Assembly: GCA_965248755.1 (NCBI GenBank)
Contig: OZ252149.1
Span: forward strand, 3,520,001 to 3,584,000
DNA length: 64,000 bases
Direction: 5' to 3'
DNA from: Candidatus Latescibacterota bacterium
GTDB taxonomy: Bacteria; Latescibacterota; CBDEFO01
Under the pieces are notes generated by a model that was given only the letters and a program-made list of their open reading frames with translations, was not told the origin of the DNA and did not search any database. Position numbers and translations under genes: made by a program. Below, piece after piece: positions 10,853 to 20,695 of the stretch (position 1 is the stretch's first letter; each line of letters begins with the position of its first letter).

Positions 10853-11031
10853 ACGTACGGCTGAGCGCGAACAAACCCCTGAGATGGAAACACCTCAGCC
10901 TCTGGGGGGTGCAGTTCTGGGGACAGACGATCGAGGACAAATAGCCAAGGTGGGCAGGTCGCGCACGCTGTTTTTGAGAACAATGATCCTGTAATTGTCG
11001 ATGAAGAAACGTTAGCCCAGGAGAAATCAAA

Positions 11032-12132
11032 ATGCCTACAAGCTCTAGCGAGGAGAAGACCCGACACCTGGAAGTGCCCGAGTACACGGCCACCGGGGGA
11101 AGCGGCAAGTACACCGGTTTTAACTCGGTGAATCTTCAGGAGATCTACTTCGTCCAAAAGCAAGCGGCGGTCCGGTCGCAAATAAGCCCCCGTGGCGGGC
11201 ACAAGCCCTGCATGGCCCGCCTTCCCAGCGGTGACCTGCTGGCCACGCAGATTTTCAATGGCAGCATAGCCCTGTGCCGATCTAAGGATGATGGTTTCAG
11301 CTGGGGGCCGCCTCGTGAGGTGGTGGTGCCGGGAGGGAGGAGGCTTTCTGGGAGAGCTCCAATGTTTGCAGCGCTGGCGGATGGGACCTTGCTCCTGGGG
11401 AGCGGGACGATCTACCGCTCTACCGATGAGGGGCAAACCTGGCAGCAGTGTCAGGTCAACGGGTCCGTTACGGTGGCAGGCAAGACCTACAACATTGGCT
11501 GGGGTGAGAGCGACGGACCTCACCAGCTCTCGGACGGCACGGTCATCTGCAGTGGCTTAATCTCGCTGGCCCCGGGCAAATCGAAAGCGTATCTGCTTCG
11601 CTCGAAAGACGGGGGCCAGACCTGGGGTGACGCCTCCTACATCGCCGACGCCAGTGAGGTCAACATTGCCGTGCTGCCTGGCGACAAACTCTTTGCCTGC
11701 CTGAGGGTCGCAACTGCCGGGGCGGGAGAAGGCGGGGCTATCGTGGAAGTGACCAAGTCCAGCGATGACGGGCGCAGCTGGAGCCGGCCGCGCCGGATCG
11801 GCCTGGGCAAGGCCCAGATCCCTGGCTTCCCGCTATATCTCAAAGACGGCAGGCTCCTAATAATCTATGGCAATCGGCAGTTTCCTTTCGGGGCCCAGGC
11901 TATTGCCAGTCGAGATGGCGGCAAGACGTGGGATACCAAACATCCGATTATCCTGACCTGGTTCAGCTGGGACGATTATTGTGGCCATCCGCGAAGCCTG
12001 GTTCTTCCGGACGGTAGTATCATTACCGGCTACTACGCCAGAGTATTCAAGGAGAATCAAAGCCCCGACTCCGACATTGCAGGGCACTGTTTGCGTTGGC
12101 AGGTTCCTGACGATTGGCCACCGCTTCGGTAA
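11032..12132 (+). CDS. BNR/Asp-box (sialidase-like) beta-propeller protein
   Basis: Five Asp-boxes: SKDDGFSW, STDEGQTW, SKDGGQTW, SSDDGRSW, SRDGGKTW. Confidence 0.85.
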   Translation: MPTSSSEEKTRHLEVPEYTATGGSGKYTGFNSVNLQEIYFVQKQAAVRSQISPRGGHKPCMARLPSGDLLATQIFNGSIALCRSKDDGFSWGPPREVVVPGGRRLSGRAPMFAALADGTLLLGSGTIYRSTDEGQTWQQCQVNGSVTVAGKTYNIGWGESDGPHQLSDGTVICSGLISLAPGKSKAYLLRSKDGGQTWGDASYIADASEVNIAVLPGDKLFACLRVATAGAGEGGAIVEVTKSSDDGRSWSRPRRIGLGKAQIPGFPLYLKDGRLLIIYGNRQFPFGAQAIASRDGGKTWDTKHPIILTWFSWDDYCGHPRSLVLPDGSIITGYYARVFKENQSPDSDIAGHCLRWQVPDDWPPLR

Positions 12133-12271
12133 GGAACTCTCTCAACGGATAAAGAGACCTGGCTGGGACACCCACTTTCATAGATGGGAAATGTAGGACA
12201 AGAATTATAGTTAAAGAGGTCAAGAGCACAATGTCCAGAAGACTATTTTCAGACGACAAATTAGAGCATAT

Positions 12272-12453
12272 CATACCGCTTCCCTTGACAAGGTGACAGA
12301 TATTCTGCAAATTGGGGTTTGAGCCTTGTCCCCGAGTGATGCTATCGGGGAAAGGAGGTTAAGATGTCAAGCCCCGAGGTGGAAGATGGTAAGCGCTGGA
12401 CGGTGACTGATAAGGCAGATGTTGTGCTGACTCTTTTGGAAGGAGCGGGTTAA
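12272..12453 (+). mobile_element. Remnant left end of the IS3-family element at 31687, carrying a hairpin insertion
   Basis: CATACCGCTTCCCTTGACA...GCAAATTGGGGTTTGAG...GCCCCGAGGTGGAAGATGGTAAGCGCTGGACG aligns by eye with 31687-31835. Confidence 0.85.
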
Positions 12454-12638
12454 GACGAAAGCAAGTGATAATTCAAGAGGAAATTGCTATTTCGATTGAA
12501 AAAAGTAGTTGTTGAAAAATGTAAGAGTGGTTATACTCATTCACAAGCAAGATTGTATCGAAATATAATCCCTCATGAACGTGATATAGGGAAGGTGGGT
12601 TGCTTATTGCCCAAGGAGTTACATTAAAGGACACATAA

Positions 12639-13580
12639 TTGTCAGAGTCAGAACCCCACTCACAAATAGGAGAGACCGAATCCAAAGTCAAGACCGAAGC
12701 AATGCCGGTTGAAGGAGTGGATTTTAAGTCCGGGGCTGCGCTCATACTTCTAGCTCTGTTGTTGGGAGGGCACCCTGTGGCTATGAAATTCGGACTTAAG
12801 GGAACTCCCCCAATCGGCATGGGGGCAATAAGATTTGCCGGAGGAGCGATTTCCATAGCCTTGTGGGGCGCATTTACTGGTGAGCCCCTGAAGATGAAAA
12901 GGAACGAGGTCAGACCGATTCTATGGATAACTCTGCTCTTTACAGCTCATATCGTGACTCTAAATTGGGGAACCCACCTGACGACCGCAGCCCATTCGAC
13001 GGTCTTGATAAATACACAAACCTTCTTCGTATCTATCTTAGCCCACTTCCTGATTGCGGGAGATAGATTAAACGCAAAAAAACTCATCGGGATCGTCCTG
13101 TCCTTCTGCGGCGTGGCTTCCATCTTCAGGGGAAGCCTGGAACTGGGAGGGTCGAGAAACCTCTTAGGCGATTCCCTTGTTCTCGCAAGCGGGTTCCTTG
13201 TAGCGTGCAGGGTTGTGTTCGGCAAGAGGATAATGCAGTATGTGCATCTCTACAGGTTCCTGGCGTGGCAGATGATATTCGGCCTTATCGCCTTATCTCT
13301 TCTCAGCCTCTACACGGAGGGAATCGAAGGCTACAATTTTACTTCCACCGTTGTCCTTTCGCACTTGTACCAGGGCGTCATCGTAGCCGGGTTCTGCTTT
13401 GTGCTGTGGCACACTCTCTTGAAGCGCAAGAGTCCGAGCAAGATAGTAGTCTTCTTCTGTCTAACTCCCATATTTGGAGTGATCTTTAGCGCCCATTTTC
13501 TGTCAGAGAAGATAACGTGGGACCTTGCGGCTGGAGCGCTCTTAGTTGCGGCGGGAATGTACGTTGTGAACAAATCATAA
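12639..13580 (+). CDS. DMT/EamA family transporter
   Basis: About 10 hydrophobic segments in two EamA-like halves. Confidence 0.88.
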   Translation: MSESEPHSQIGETESKVKTEAMPVEGVDFKSGAALILLALLLGGHPVAMKFGLKGTPPIGMGAIRFAGGAISIALWGAFTGEPLKMKRNEVRPILWITLLFTAHIVTLNWGTHLTTAAHSTVLINTQTFFVSILAHFLIAGDRLNAKKLIGIVLSFCGVASIFRGSLELGGSRNLLGDSLVLASGFLVACRVVFGKRIMQYVHLYRFLAWQMIFGLIALSLLSLYTEGIEGYNFTSTVVLSHLYQGVIVAGFCFVLWHTLLKRKSPSKIVVFFCLTPIFGVIFSAHFLSEKITWDLAAGALLVAAGMYVVNKS

Positions 13581-13827
13581 GGGCAGCAGACAGGCCCCCG
13601 ATCGCCAATAGATTTACCTGGGGACTGGATAGGGACGACACTCGTAATAGAGATCTAAAAGCCATCCACTTCTATTCAGTCAAAGCGGGTGGGCAAGACT
13701 TATAGTGACGAACAAGAGAGCAGCAAAAACGAAAGGGGCAAATGGGAGTTTCCGTGACCTCTTGTTCTTTATGGCACACCGAACATTCAGTCCAGCGGGG
13801 TAGATAATCCAACAGACGGAGGAGTCA

Positions 13828-14643
13828 ATGCTTACGGAAAATCAGCTTGTTCAGTTTGAGGTCTTCGGCTTTGTCGTTCTGCGCGGGGTCCTTACCTATG
13901 CCGACCTCAGGATCATAGAATCCGAGTTCGATATCGGCCTCGTCAGGGCCAGAGAGGCCATGGGCCGGCACGGTATCCGCAAGCAGCTCAACTGGTCGAA
14001 CCTGGGTCCAGATACGCCGTTCCTGGCCTCTCTACAGGAGGATCCCCGGTTCCTGGAGGCCACCGAGCAGTTCTACGGACCGGACGTGGTCGGCTATTAC
14101 GCCAACTCCAACTCCTTCGACAGTGACCGTACGGAGTGGCATCCCGATACCTTCAACCTCGTCCAGCGTGGCGTGAAGTTCGCCTTCTACCTACAGCCGC
14201 TAGACGAGAAGACAGGCGCGCTCCGGTTCATACCCGGCTCTCACAAAGATTCCCTCCACTCAGACATCAAGAAGGTCACCCTGAAAGAGTCCAATGAGGG
14301 GGTCATCGAGGGGGGTGGCGTTGAGGTCGACGCGATGCCTGCGTACGTTGCGAGGTCGCAGCCTGGAGACGTGGTCGCCTTCGACAACCGGATCTGGCAC
14401 GCCAGCTGGGGAGGCGGCAGCGACCGGAAGATGTGCAGCCTCGGTTATTTTGCCGCTCCGGCAACGCCAGAAGAAGAGGAGTCGATGCAGGAGATGGTCG
14501 AGCAAGAGGCCCGCCTGGTCGAGGTGTTTCCGCTGCTCAAGCCCCACCGCGACTGGATTTCCAACCCCGACCGCAGCCCGGGTCGCCAGCGCTGGATAGA
14601 CAGCCTCAGGCATTGGGGCTTCGTCGGTTCCATCGGAGGCTGA
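13828..14643 (+). CDS. Phytanoyl-CoA dioxygenase (PhyH) family Fe/2OG enzyme
   Basis: FEVFGFVVLRGVL N-terminus, WHPD (HxD), GALRFIPGSH, PGDVVAFD..IWHAS. Confidence 0.88.
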   Translation: MLTENQLVQFEVFGFVVLRGVLTYADLRIIESEFDIGLVRAREAMGRHGIRKQLNWSNLGPDTPFLASLQEDPRFLEATEQFYGPDVVGYYANSNSFDSDRTEWHPDTFNLVQRGVKFAFYLQPLDEKTGALRFIPGSHKDSLHSDIKKVTLKESNEGVIEGGGVEVDAMPAYVARSQPGDVVAFDNRIWHASWGGGSDRKMCSLGYFAAPATPEEEESMQEMVEQEARLVEVFPLLKPHRDWISNPDRSPGRQRWIDSLRHWGFVGSIGG

Positions 14644-14867
14644 CAGCCTACGGTGATGACAATAGCAGCCCGGCGCTCATACCAACGTCATTGTCGGGCG
14701 AGGCTGGCGACGCGACGCTCTCAATGTAATTCAACGCCAGTTAGGATACACCACCGCGCCAGGGCTGCGGGGCTACGCCATGATTGAGAGACGTGCTGTT
14801 GTGTAGCGATGATCGGCAGTTTTTGAACCGACATCAGATGTGATCCATTCTCGAGGAAAGTCATCGG

Positions 14868-15989
14868 ATGAGATGTGGCCGAATAGCGTTGATGATTCTA
14901 GCTGGGATCGTGCTTCAGGGCGCGCACTCCGTGGCGCGAGCCGAAGAACCGATTCAGCCGGTGTTTGAGCAGTACATGGAAGAACTCGAGGTATGGAACA
15001 GCCAGTGGGACTTTCATCGCAGTGCCAAAGGCGAATTGGTCTTGATCGGCTCCTGCTGTCCCGAGAACGGCGCGATCGCCAGCAACGACGAGGGGAGAAC
15101 CTGGCACGATTGGCCGGATATCCGCACGTGGCCGCAGGGCGGCATTGAAGCCATTTCCCGACGCGGTACGGAACTGTTCATTCAGGGCGGCGACACGCGC
15201 ATCTGGCGCTCACAGGACGAAGGCAAGACGTGGTCCGGTGGGCAACGCCTACTGATGTGGCCCAAACATCTTCAACTCGAAAACGGCAAAAAGTTGCTAT
15301 GGACGCCGACCGGTGATAGGATTCTGTTGACCAAAGAGAACCGGCTGCTGGTCAGTGTTGATTTCCTGATGGGGGGTGAAGGGCCGGGACCGGACCTTGT
15401 CGGGGCGCTTGTCAGCCAAGACAGCGGACAGACGTGGCGGTTATATGAGTTGTTTGGCCCGCCGCCGGGTTATCGTGATCGGCCGGAAGGTTTTGGTGAG
15501 CCGAAGCTAGTGGAGCTGGCCGACGGCCGTATCTGGATGGTCTTTCGCACCTGCCTTGGCCATCTGTGGCAGGCGTTTTCCGAGGATGGCGGACGAACGT
15601 GGGGTAAGCCGTCTTCGACCGGCCTGGTCTCACCGCTGGCGCCGCTTAATGCGCAGCGTGTGCCCGACAGCGACGCGGTCGTGGTCGTGTGGAGTCACTC
15701 CAAACCAACCAACTCGACGGTCTGGCGTTCCGAGCATAACTACTGGTTCCCGCGCGCCCCGATGGTCTTTGCCGTCAGCCACGACCACTGCAAAACGTGG
15801 AGCCGACCGGTCATCGTTACTGAGAACGAAGGCTTTATGCGGAACATTTACTTTTCCGACAAAGAAATGTTCATCAACTACGAGGAAGGCACCGGTGCAG
15901 AACACTGGGTGGAAGGATTCCACTACCGCCCGAAGCTTGTGATTTACGACCTGAAGGATGTATTGGCGCTGCAGCCGCAAGAAAAATAA
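14868..15989 (+). CDS. Secreted BNR/Asp-box (sialidase-like) protein
   Basis: Signal peptide ending ARA; Asp-boxes SNDEGRTW, SQDEGKTW, SQDSGQTW, SEDGGRTW, SHDHCKTW; EP.LVELADG motif. Confidence 0.85.
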   Translation: MRCGRIALMILAGIVLQGAHSVARAEEPIQPVFEQYMEELEVWNSQWDFHRSAKGELVLIGSCCPENGAIASNDEGRTWHDWPDIRTWPQGGIEAISRRGTELFIQGGDTRIWRSQDEGKTWSGGQRLLMWPKHLQLENGKKLLWTPTGDRILLTKENRLLVSVDFLMGGEGPGPDLVGALVSQDSGQTWRLYELFGPPPGYRDRPEGFGEPKLVELADGRIWMVFRTCLGHLWQAFSEDGGRTWGKPSSTGLVSPLAPLNAQRVPDSDAVVVVWSHSKPTNSTVWRSEHNYWFPRAPMVFAVSHDHCKTWSRPVIVTENEGFMRNIYFSDKEMFINYEEGTGAEHWVEGFHYRPKLVIYDLKDVLALQPQEK

Positions 15990-16119
15990 TAGTGGTAGGT
16001 TCGACGAATCAACCGACCCACCCATCTTCAAACTAACGGCGTAACAGTTCTGGATGGGCTGCGGTACTGTGTCAGGGCGCGGTACGTCGGCCCACCGTAA
16101 AGGAAAAAAGGATACCCAT

Positions 16120-18480
16120 ATGTACAAAGGCGATTCGATCGGCAGAGCCTTCCTACTCGGCACCGCTATGTGTCTCTTGGTCTTGGGTTGCACCTCCACG
16201 TATCGTCACATCAAAGTCGGCCAGCAGTATGATATGGACTACAGACGCGGCCCCTACCTCGCAATGGGGACTCCCCATTCGATGGTGATCGTTTGGCGCA
16301 CGGGCCGCCCGATTCGTCCCCGAGTGGTACTGATCACCGAATCACCAGACCAACTCGACCAGCCGTTCGGTCCCATAGACGTCCACACAAAGAGAACCAG
16401 GGGGAGAGACGGCGGCAAGGGCGCCCTCCACAGCGCACCGCCGGATGCGGTCCAGTACGAGGCTTATGTCACAGGTCTCCAGCCGGCCACGAAGTACTAC
16501 TACGCCGTCTATGACGGTTCCTACCGCCTGGCTGGTGGTGATGAAACCCATCATTTCGTCACCAGTCCACCCGTGGGCAGCAGATCCCCCTTCCGATTCT
16601 GGGTCTTGGGCGATTCCGGTACCGGCGACCAGAATCAGGCCGATGTCTATGACGCCATGCGCCGGCACACGGCGACGCAGCAGCGTCCTTTGGACCTGTT
16701 CATCCATGTCGGTGACATGGCCTACAGCAGCGGAAAGGACAAAGAGTTTCAGCACCGGTTCTTCGAGCCCTACGGCCAGACGCTGCGCCATCTGGTCTGC
16801 TGGCCCGCAATGGGAAATCACGAAGGTGGCAACTCTGACGGAAGAACCGGCGTCGGCCCGTATTACGACGCGTACGTGTTGCCTACCCGTGGGGAGGCGG
16901 GGGGAGCGGCGTCGGGAACGGAAGCGTACTATGCCTTTGACTACGGCAACGTGCATTTCATCTGCCTCAATTCTCACGACCTGGACCGCCGTCCCACCGG
17001 CGCCATGGCGAGATGGCTCAAGGCCGATCTGGAGCAGACGAATAGCGACTGGATTCTGGCCTTCTGGCACCACCCCCCCTATTCCAAGGGCACGCACGAC
17101 AGCGACACGGAAGGTCAGCTCATCGAGATGCGCGAGCACATCATGCCTATCCTCGAATCGGGTGGTGTGGATGTCGTCTTTACAGGTCACTCGCACACCT
17201 ACGAACGCTCGATGCTGATGGACGGCGCTTACGGCACGCCGACGGTGGCGGAGGGTTTCATCCTGGACGACGGAGACGGTGATCCGGCGGGAGACGGCGC
17301 CTATCGCAAGAGCAGCGGCCTCAACCCGCACGAAGGCACTATCCAGGTCGTGGCCGGCACAGGCGGCGCCGGGGTTGGTCGAGGCGGCACGATGCCCGTA
17401 ATGAAGCAAGTCCTCATCGAGCACGGGTCGGTCATCGTGGATGTTGAGGGAGATATGGTGACGGCCATCATGCTCAATGCCGACGGCAGACAGCGTGATC
17501 TATTCCGTATCGTCAAGCGCGGCACGGTCAAGCCCGTCCGCCTGGCAGAGCCGCGGCAGTTGCCGCCTTTCGTACAATTCCATCCTGTCAATGCCGTTGC
17601 GACGATGAAGGAGTTGCCTAAACCCGGCGCCACTGTGTCTGTCGAAGTTCTGATCCCGAGTCTGCCGGAGGCTCTGTCGGCCACAATCAAGTGGAACACT
17701 GCGCAGACGGCATGGCGAATGGAACCGGCATCGGCCGATCTGCAAATTAGTGCCGGCGAGCCAACCCTCCAACGCTTTGAGGCCATGTGCGACGAACAGC
17801 TCTTTCCGCCGCCCGGTGCGACGATCACTTACCACACGACGCAGTCCGGCGACGTTCGCGGCCGGGTGCGATTCGAGATTCCGCCGTACAAGCGCGCCGT
17901 CATCACACAGATGGCGGCACCTCCGAAGATAGACGGCACCATCAGCGCCGAGGAACGGGCTTTGGTGTCCCGGCAATCCGGTATGATCCAGATCAACGGC
18001 TCCGGACCGGCCAGGTTTCCCACAGAGTTCTTCCTGGGCCTGCACGAAAATCACCTGTATCTTGCGGTCATCAATCACGAGCCGCGTGTGGACCGGTTGA
18101 AGATCGTGGAGAGGCCGTTCGACGGGGAGGTCTGGGAGGATGACTGCGTCGAGGTGTTCATCAGCCTCCCGGACAGCGCGGACTATTTCCAGTTCATCGT
18201 GAATGCCGCCGGACAACGTTATGACGGCAGACAGAAAGACTCTGCGTGGAACGGTCGATGGCGCGCCGCGACGGCGCGCGGCTCGGACCGATGGATGGTG
18301 GAGATGCTCATCTCACTGGACATGCTGGGCCGGCGGCTGAGCTCCGGCGACCCCATACGCTTCAATCTGTCACGAAACAACGTAGTTCAGGGCGAATACA
18401 GCCAATGGTCCCATACGAACCGCCAATCAAACCACGCGCCGCAGTTTTTCGGCACCGCCATTGTCGCAGACCAACGATGA
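16120..18480 (+). CDS. Purple acid phosphatase-like metallophosphoesterase with FN3 domain and C-terminal CBM9/DOMON-like domain; probable lipoprotein
   Basis: GDSG, GDMAY, GNHE, HHPPY and GHSH motifs; lipobox-like VLGC; C-terminal PKIDG...WEDDCVEVFI...YFQFIVNAAG...WMVEMLI...FNLSRN. Confidence 0.85.
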   Translation: MYKGDSIGRAFLLGTAMCLLVLGCTSTYRHIKVGQQYDMDYRRGPYLAMGTPHSMVIVWRTGRPIRPRVVLITESPDQLDQPFGPIDVHTKRTRGRDGGKGALHSAPPDAVQYEAYVTGLQPATKYYYAVYDGSYRLAGGDETHHFVTSPPVGSRSPFRFWVLGDSGTGDQNQADVYDAMRRHTATQQRPLDLFIHVGDMAYSSGKDKEFQHRFFEPYGQTLRHLVCWPAMGNHEGGNSDGRTGVGPYYDAYVLPTRGEAGGAASGTEAYYAFDYGNVHFICLNSHDLDRRPTGAMARWLKADLEQTNSDWILAFWHHPPYSKGTHDSDTEGQLIEMREHIMPILESGGVDVVFTGHSHTYERSMLMDGAYGTPTVAEGFILDDGDGDPAGDGAYRKSSGLNPHEGTIQVVAGTGGAGVGRGGTMPVMKQVLIEHGSVIVDVEGDMVTAIMLNADGRQRDLFRIVKRGTVKPVRLAEPRQLPPFVQFHPVNAVATMKELPKPGATVSVEVLIPSLPEALSATIKWNTAQTAWRMEPASADLQISAGEPTLQRFEAMCDEQLFPPPGATITYHTTQSGDVRGRVRFEIPPYKRAVITQMAAPPKIDGTISAEERALVSRQSGMIQINGSGPARFPTEFFLGLHENHLYLAVINHEPRVDRLKIVERPFDGEVWEDDCVEVFISLPDSADYFQFIVNAAGQRYDGRQKDSAWNGRWRAATARGSDRWMVEMLISLDMLGRRLSSGDPIRFNLSRNNVVQGEYSQWSHTNRQSNHAPQFFGTAIVADQR

Positions 18481-19343
18481 TCGGGGTCGTTGCTTTTGTC
18501 GCGGTCTTGGTCGGGGCCTTCTTGGAAGCCACCATTGCGGCAGCGCACGAGGGTCCGATACACGTGGTCGAGGCACTGTCGCACCGGATGCGTATTCAGG
18601 GCGAATCGGTGTCCCTGCTTTTACGGCGTTCCGCCGAATATCGTATTCTGGGCAAGTCCAACGAGGCGATCAAGGATTTGCTCCGCGTAGTCCGGATGGA
18701 CCCGTCGCACATCGGAGCGAAAGTTGAGCTCAGCAGGATATATCTTGCCCGCCGTGACCCCGACCGAGCACTGATGTGGATCGGGCGCGCCATCGCTACA
18801 GAGAGACCGCAGGCACATCTTTTCGCGGTCCGAGGCGATGTGCATGCCGCCCAAGAGGAATTCCTCGCGGCCCTAAAGGACTACGACCGGGCGATCCAAA
18901 GTGGAGCTGCCGACGTCGAGTGGTACCTGAAACGAAGCTCCGTGCACGAGCGGATCGGTCTCACCGACGAGCGTATTCAGGGACTTGAGGAAGGTTTTCG
19001 GCGGACGTTCAGCGTCGTGATTGAAGGGGAATGGACCGACGCTCTGATCGAGGGAGGGCAGCCCCAGCTCGCGTTGACGAAGATCGAGCCCCTGCTCGAA
19101 CGCTCGCGCCTGAAAAGCTCCTGGATGATCCGGCGCGCCCGCGCCAGATTGGCTCTCGGCCTGTTTCGGCAGGCGGAAGCAGACCTGGAGCGGGCAATCG
19201 AAGAGATACATGAACGGCTGCACCCCACGCGTTCCGCCCCTGATCTCGTGTCTGACCTCGCCCTGGCGCGTCGCCTGTTCGGCTTCGCCCGCAACCGATG
19301 TCGAATCCCGAGTGCCGGATGCCAGATGCCTATCGCATACTGA
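18477..19343 (+). CDS. Secreted tetratricopeptide repeat protein
   Basis: ATGA overlap with the upstream stop; signal peptide ending AAA-HEG; TPR-like helices (AIKDLLRVV, ALKDYDRAI, AEADLERAI). Confidence 0.75.
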   Translation: MIGVVAFVAVLVGAFLEATIAAAHEGPIHVVEALSHRMRIQGESVSLLLRRSAEYRILGKSNEAIKDLLRVVRMDPSHIGAKVELSRIYLARRDPDRALMWIGRAIATERPQAHLFAVRGDVHAAQEEFLAALKDYDRAIQSGAADVEWYLKRSSVHERIGLTDERIQGLEEGFRRTFSVVIEGEWTDALIEGGQPQLALTKIEPLLERSRLKSSWMIRRARARLALGLFRQAEADLERAIEEIHERLHPTRSAPDLVSDLALARRLFGFARNRCRIPSAGCQMPIAY

Positions 19344-19565
19344 CTCTTTGATGCGGTTCTGCGCTTTACGAGGGCTTATTGGCATATACCGGGAGCCGCT
19401 TGATGCCCGAGCGCGAGGACTCGGAGGTCTGGGGAGTTGGCCCGGAAGACGGATTCTTCGTCCCGATGTCAATTGATTAGATTCGCAAGATCTACAAGAT
19501 CAGCGTCCAGAATACGCTCCTGCGGAATAATTCCTATCAGCGGTTTACCCAACAAGGAGGCCAAA

Positions 19566-20492
19566 ATGATGAACGAGCTCGAGGAGTGGGGTATGGTGTC
19601 CGATCGCCGACGTTTCCTGAAGGTTTCTGTTGCGTCCCTTATCGGGGCTGGGCTGAGTAGGTCTGAGGGCGCATCGGCGCAGGAAGCGCCGGAGGACGTA
19701 GCCCCGGCTGTTGAGCCCTTCAGCTTCTGCGCGCTTGCAGATCCGCACTGTGTCGATCCGGCTACGGGTAGATACAGGGAGGGGATAGAGAGGTTAGGGA
19801 ACGGCGTGGAGAAATTCTTCAGGTGCGACCGGGAAATGGCGAAATTGGAGGGGATAGACAGGCCTGACTTCATGCTCGTCGCCGGTGATATCCATCTGTG
19901 GGCGCTCCGAGACCGTCTGGATGAGGTGGAGATTCCGATGCACGTGATCGCTGGAAACCACGAGTCCGGCTGCGAGAAGAAGGAGATACGCGACCTCTTC
20001 CCCGGCGACTTCAAGAAGGATGGCAGGGAATCTGACTACTACTCCTTCGTACACAAGGGAGTGCGGTTCATCGGCGTCTGTGATGCCGGCGGGGGCGGGG
20101 ACCACGTCGGCCATCTGTGCGCGGAGGACTTCGGGCCCCGGGGGCAGTGCGAATGGCTGGAAGGAGAGTTGGGCCAGAAGGAGCGGGAAAAGATCATCTT
20201 CGCTCACATCCCTCCACATCCAGAAGGACTGGACGTCAACATGTACATGTCACGCAACGATTCGCGGTACTTCAACCAACTCATTCAGAAAACGCAGCCG
20301 ACCGCCATGTTCTTTGGGCACCATCACAGGGCCACAGACGAACACAAGATCGGCCGAACGCGGAGCTTTATAATGCGATCGTCCTGCTGGAATGCCGCCC
20401 GGGCTACCATCGGCTTCATGCACGTGAGCGTGACGCCGACGGGCATCGTCACCCGGGAGATCGACACAGGAGTGTATGAACCCCAACGTTGA
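19566..20492 (+). CDS. Tat-exported calcineurin-like metallophosphoesterase, copy 1
   Basis: SDRRRFLK Tat motif; ADPH, AGD, GNHE, AHIP and GHHH motifs; AAGGAGG RBS. Confidence 0.88.
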   Translation: MMNELEEWGMVSDRRRFLKVSVASLIGAGLSRSEGASAQEAPEDVAPAVEPFSFCALADPHCVDPATGRYREGIERLGNGVEKFFRCDREMAKLEGIDRPDFMLVAGDIHLWALRDRLDEVEIPMHVIAGNHESGCEKKEIRDLFPGDFKKDGRESDYYSFVHKGVRFIGVCDAGGGGDHVGHLCAEDFGPRGQCEWLEGELGQKEREKIIFAHIPPHPEGLDVNMYMSRNDSRYFNQLIQKTQPTAMFFGHHHRATDEHKIGRTRSFIMRSSCWNAARATIGFMHVSVTPTGIVTREIDTGVYEPQR

Positions 20493-20695
20493 AAAAAGCT
20501 AATCAATCTCTACCTGCGCGTTAAGAGCCGCCATGTGCCGCGGTAGAAATGACATCACATATTTGCTCGCGCTGGCTATTAGAGTGAGCTTGCCTTGAGG
20601 TCGCGTCGGGTGTCTTGACGAATAGTTTCGGATGTGATCAAAGCGGTTATGGCGGAATGATTCCTATCAGCGGCTCACCTAACGAGGAGGCCAAA

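Noticed and set aside
16342..18216. Long alternative-frame ORFs over the phosphatase gene
   Set aside because: Expected shadows of a GC-rich CDS; the same applies to most other short overlapping ORFs in the track.
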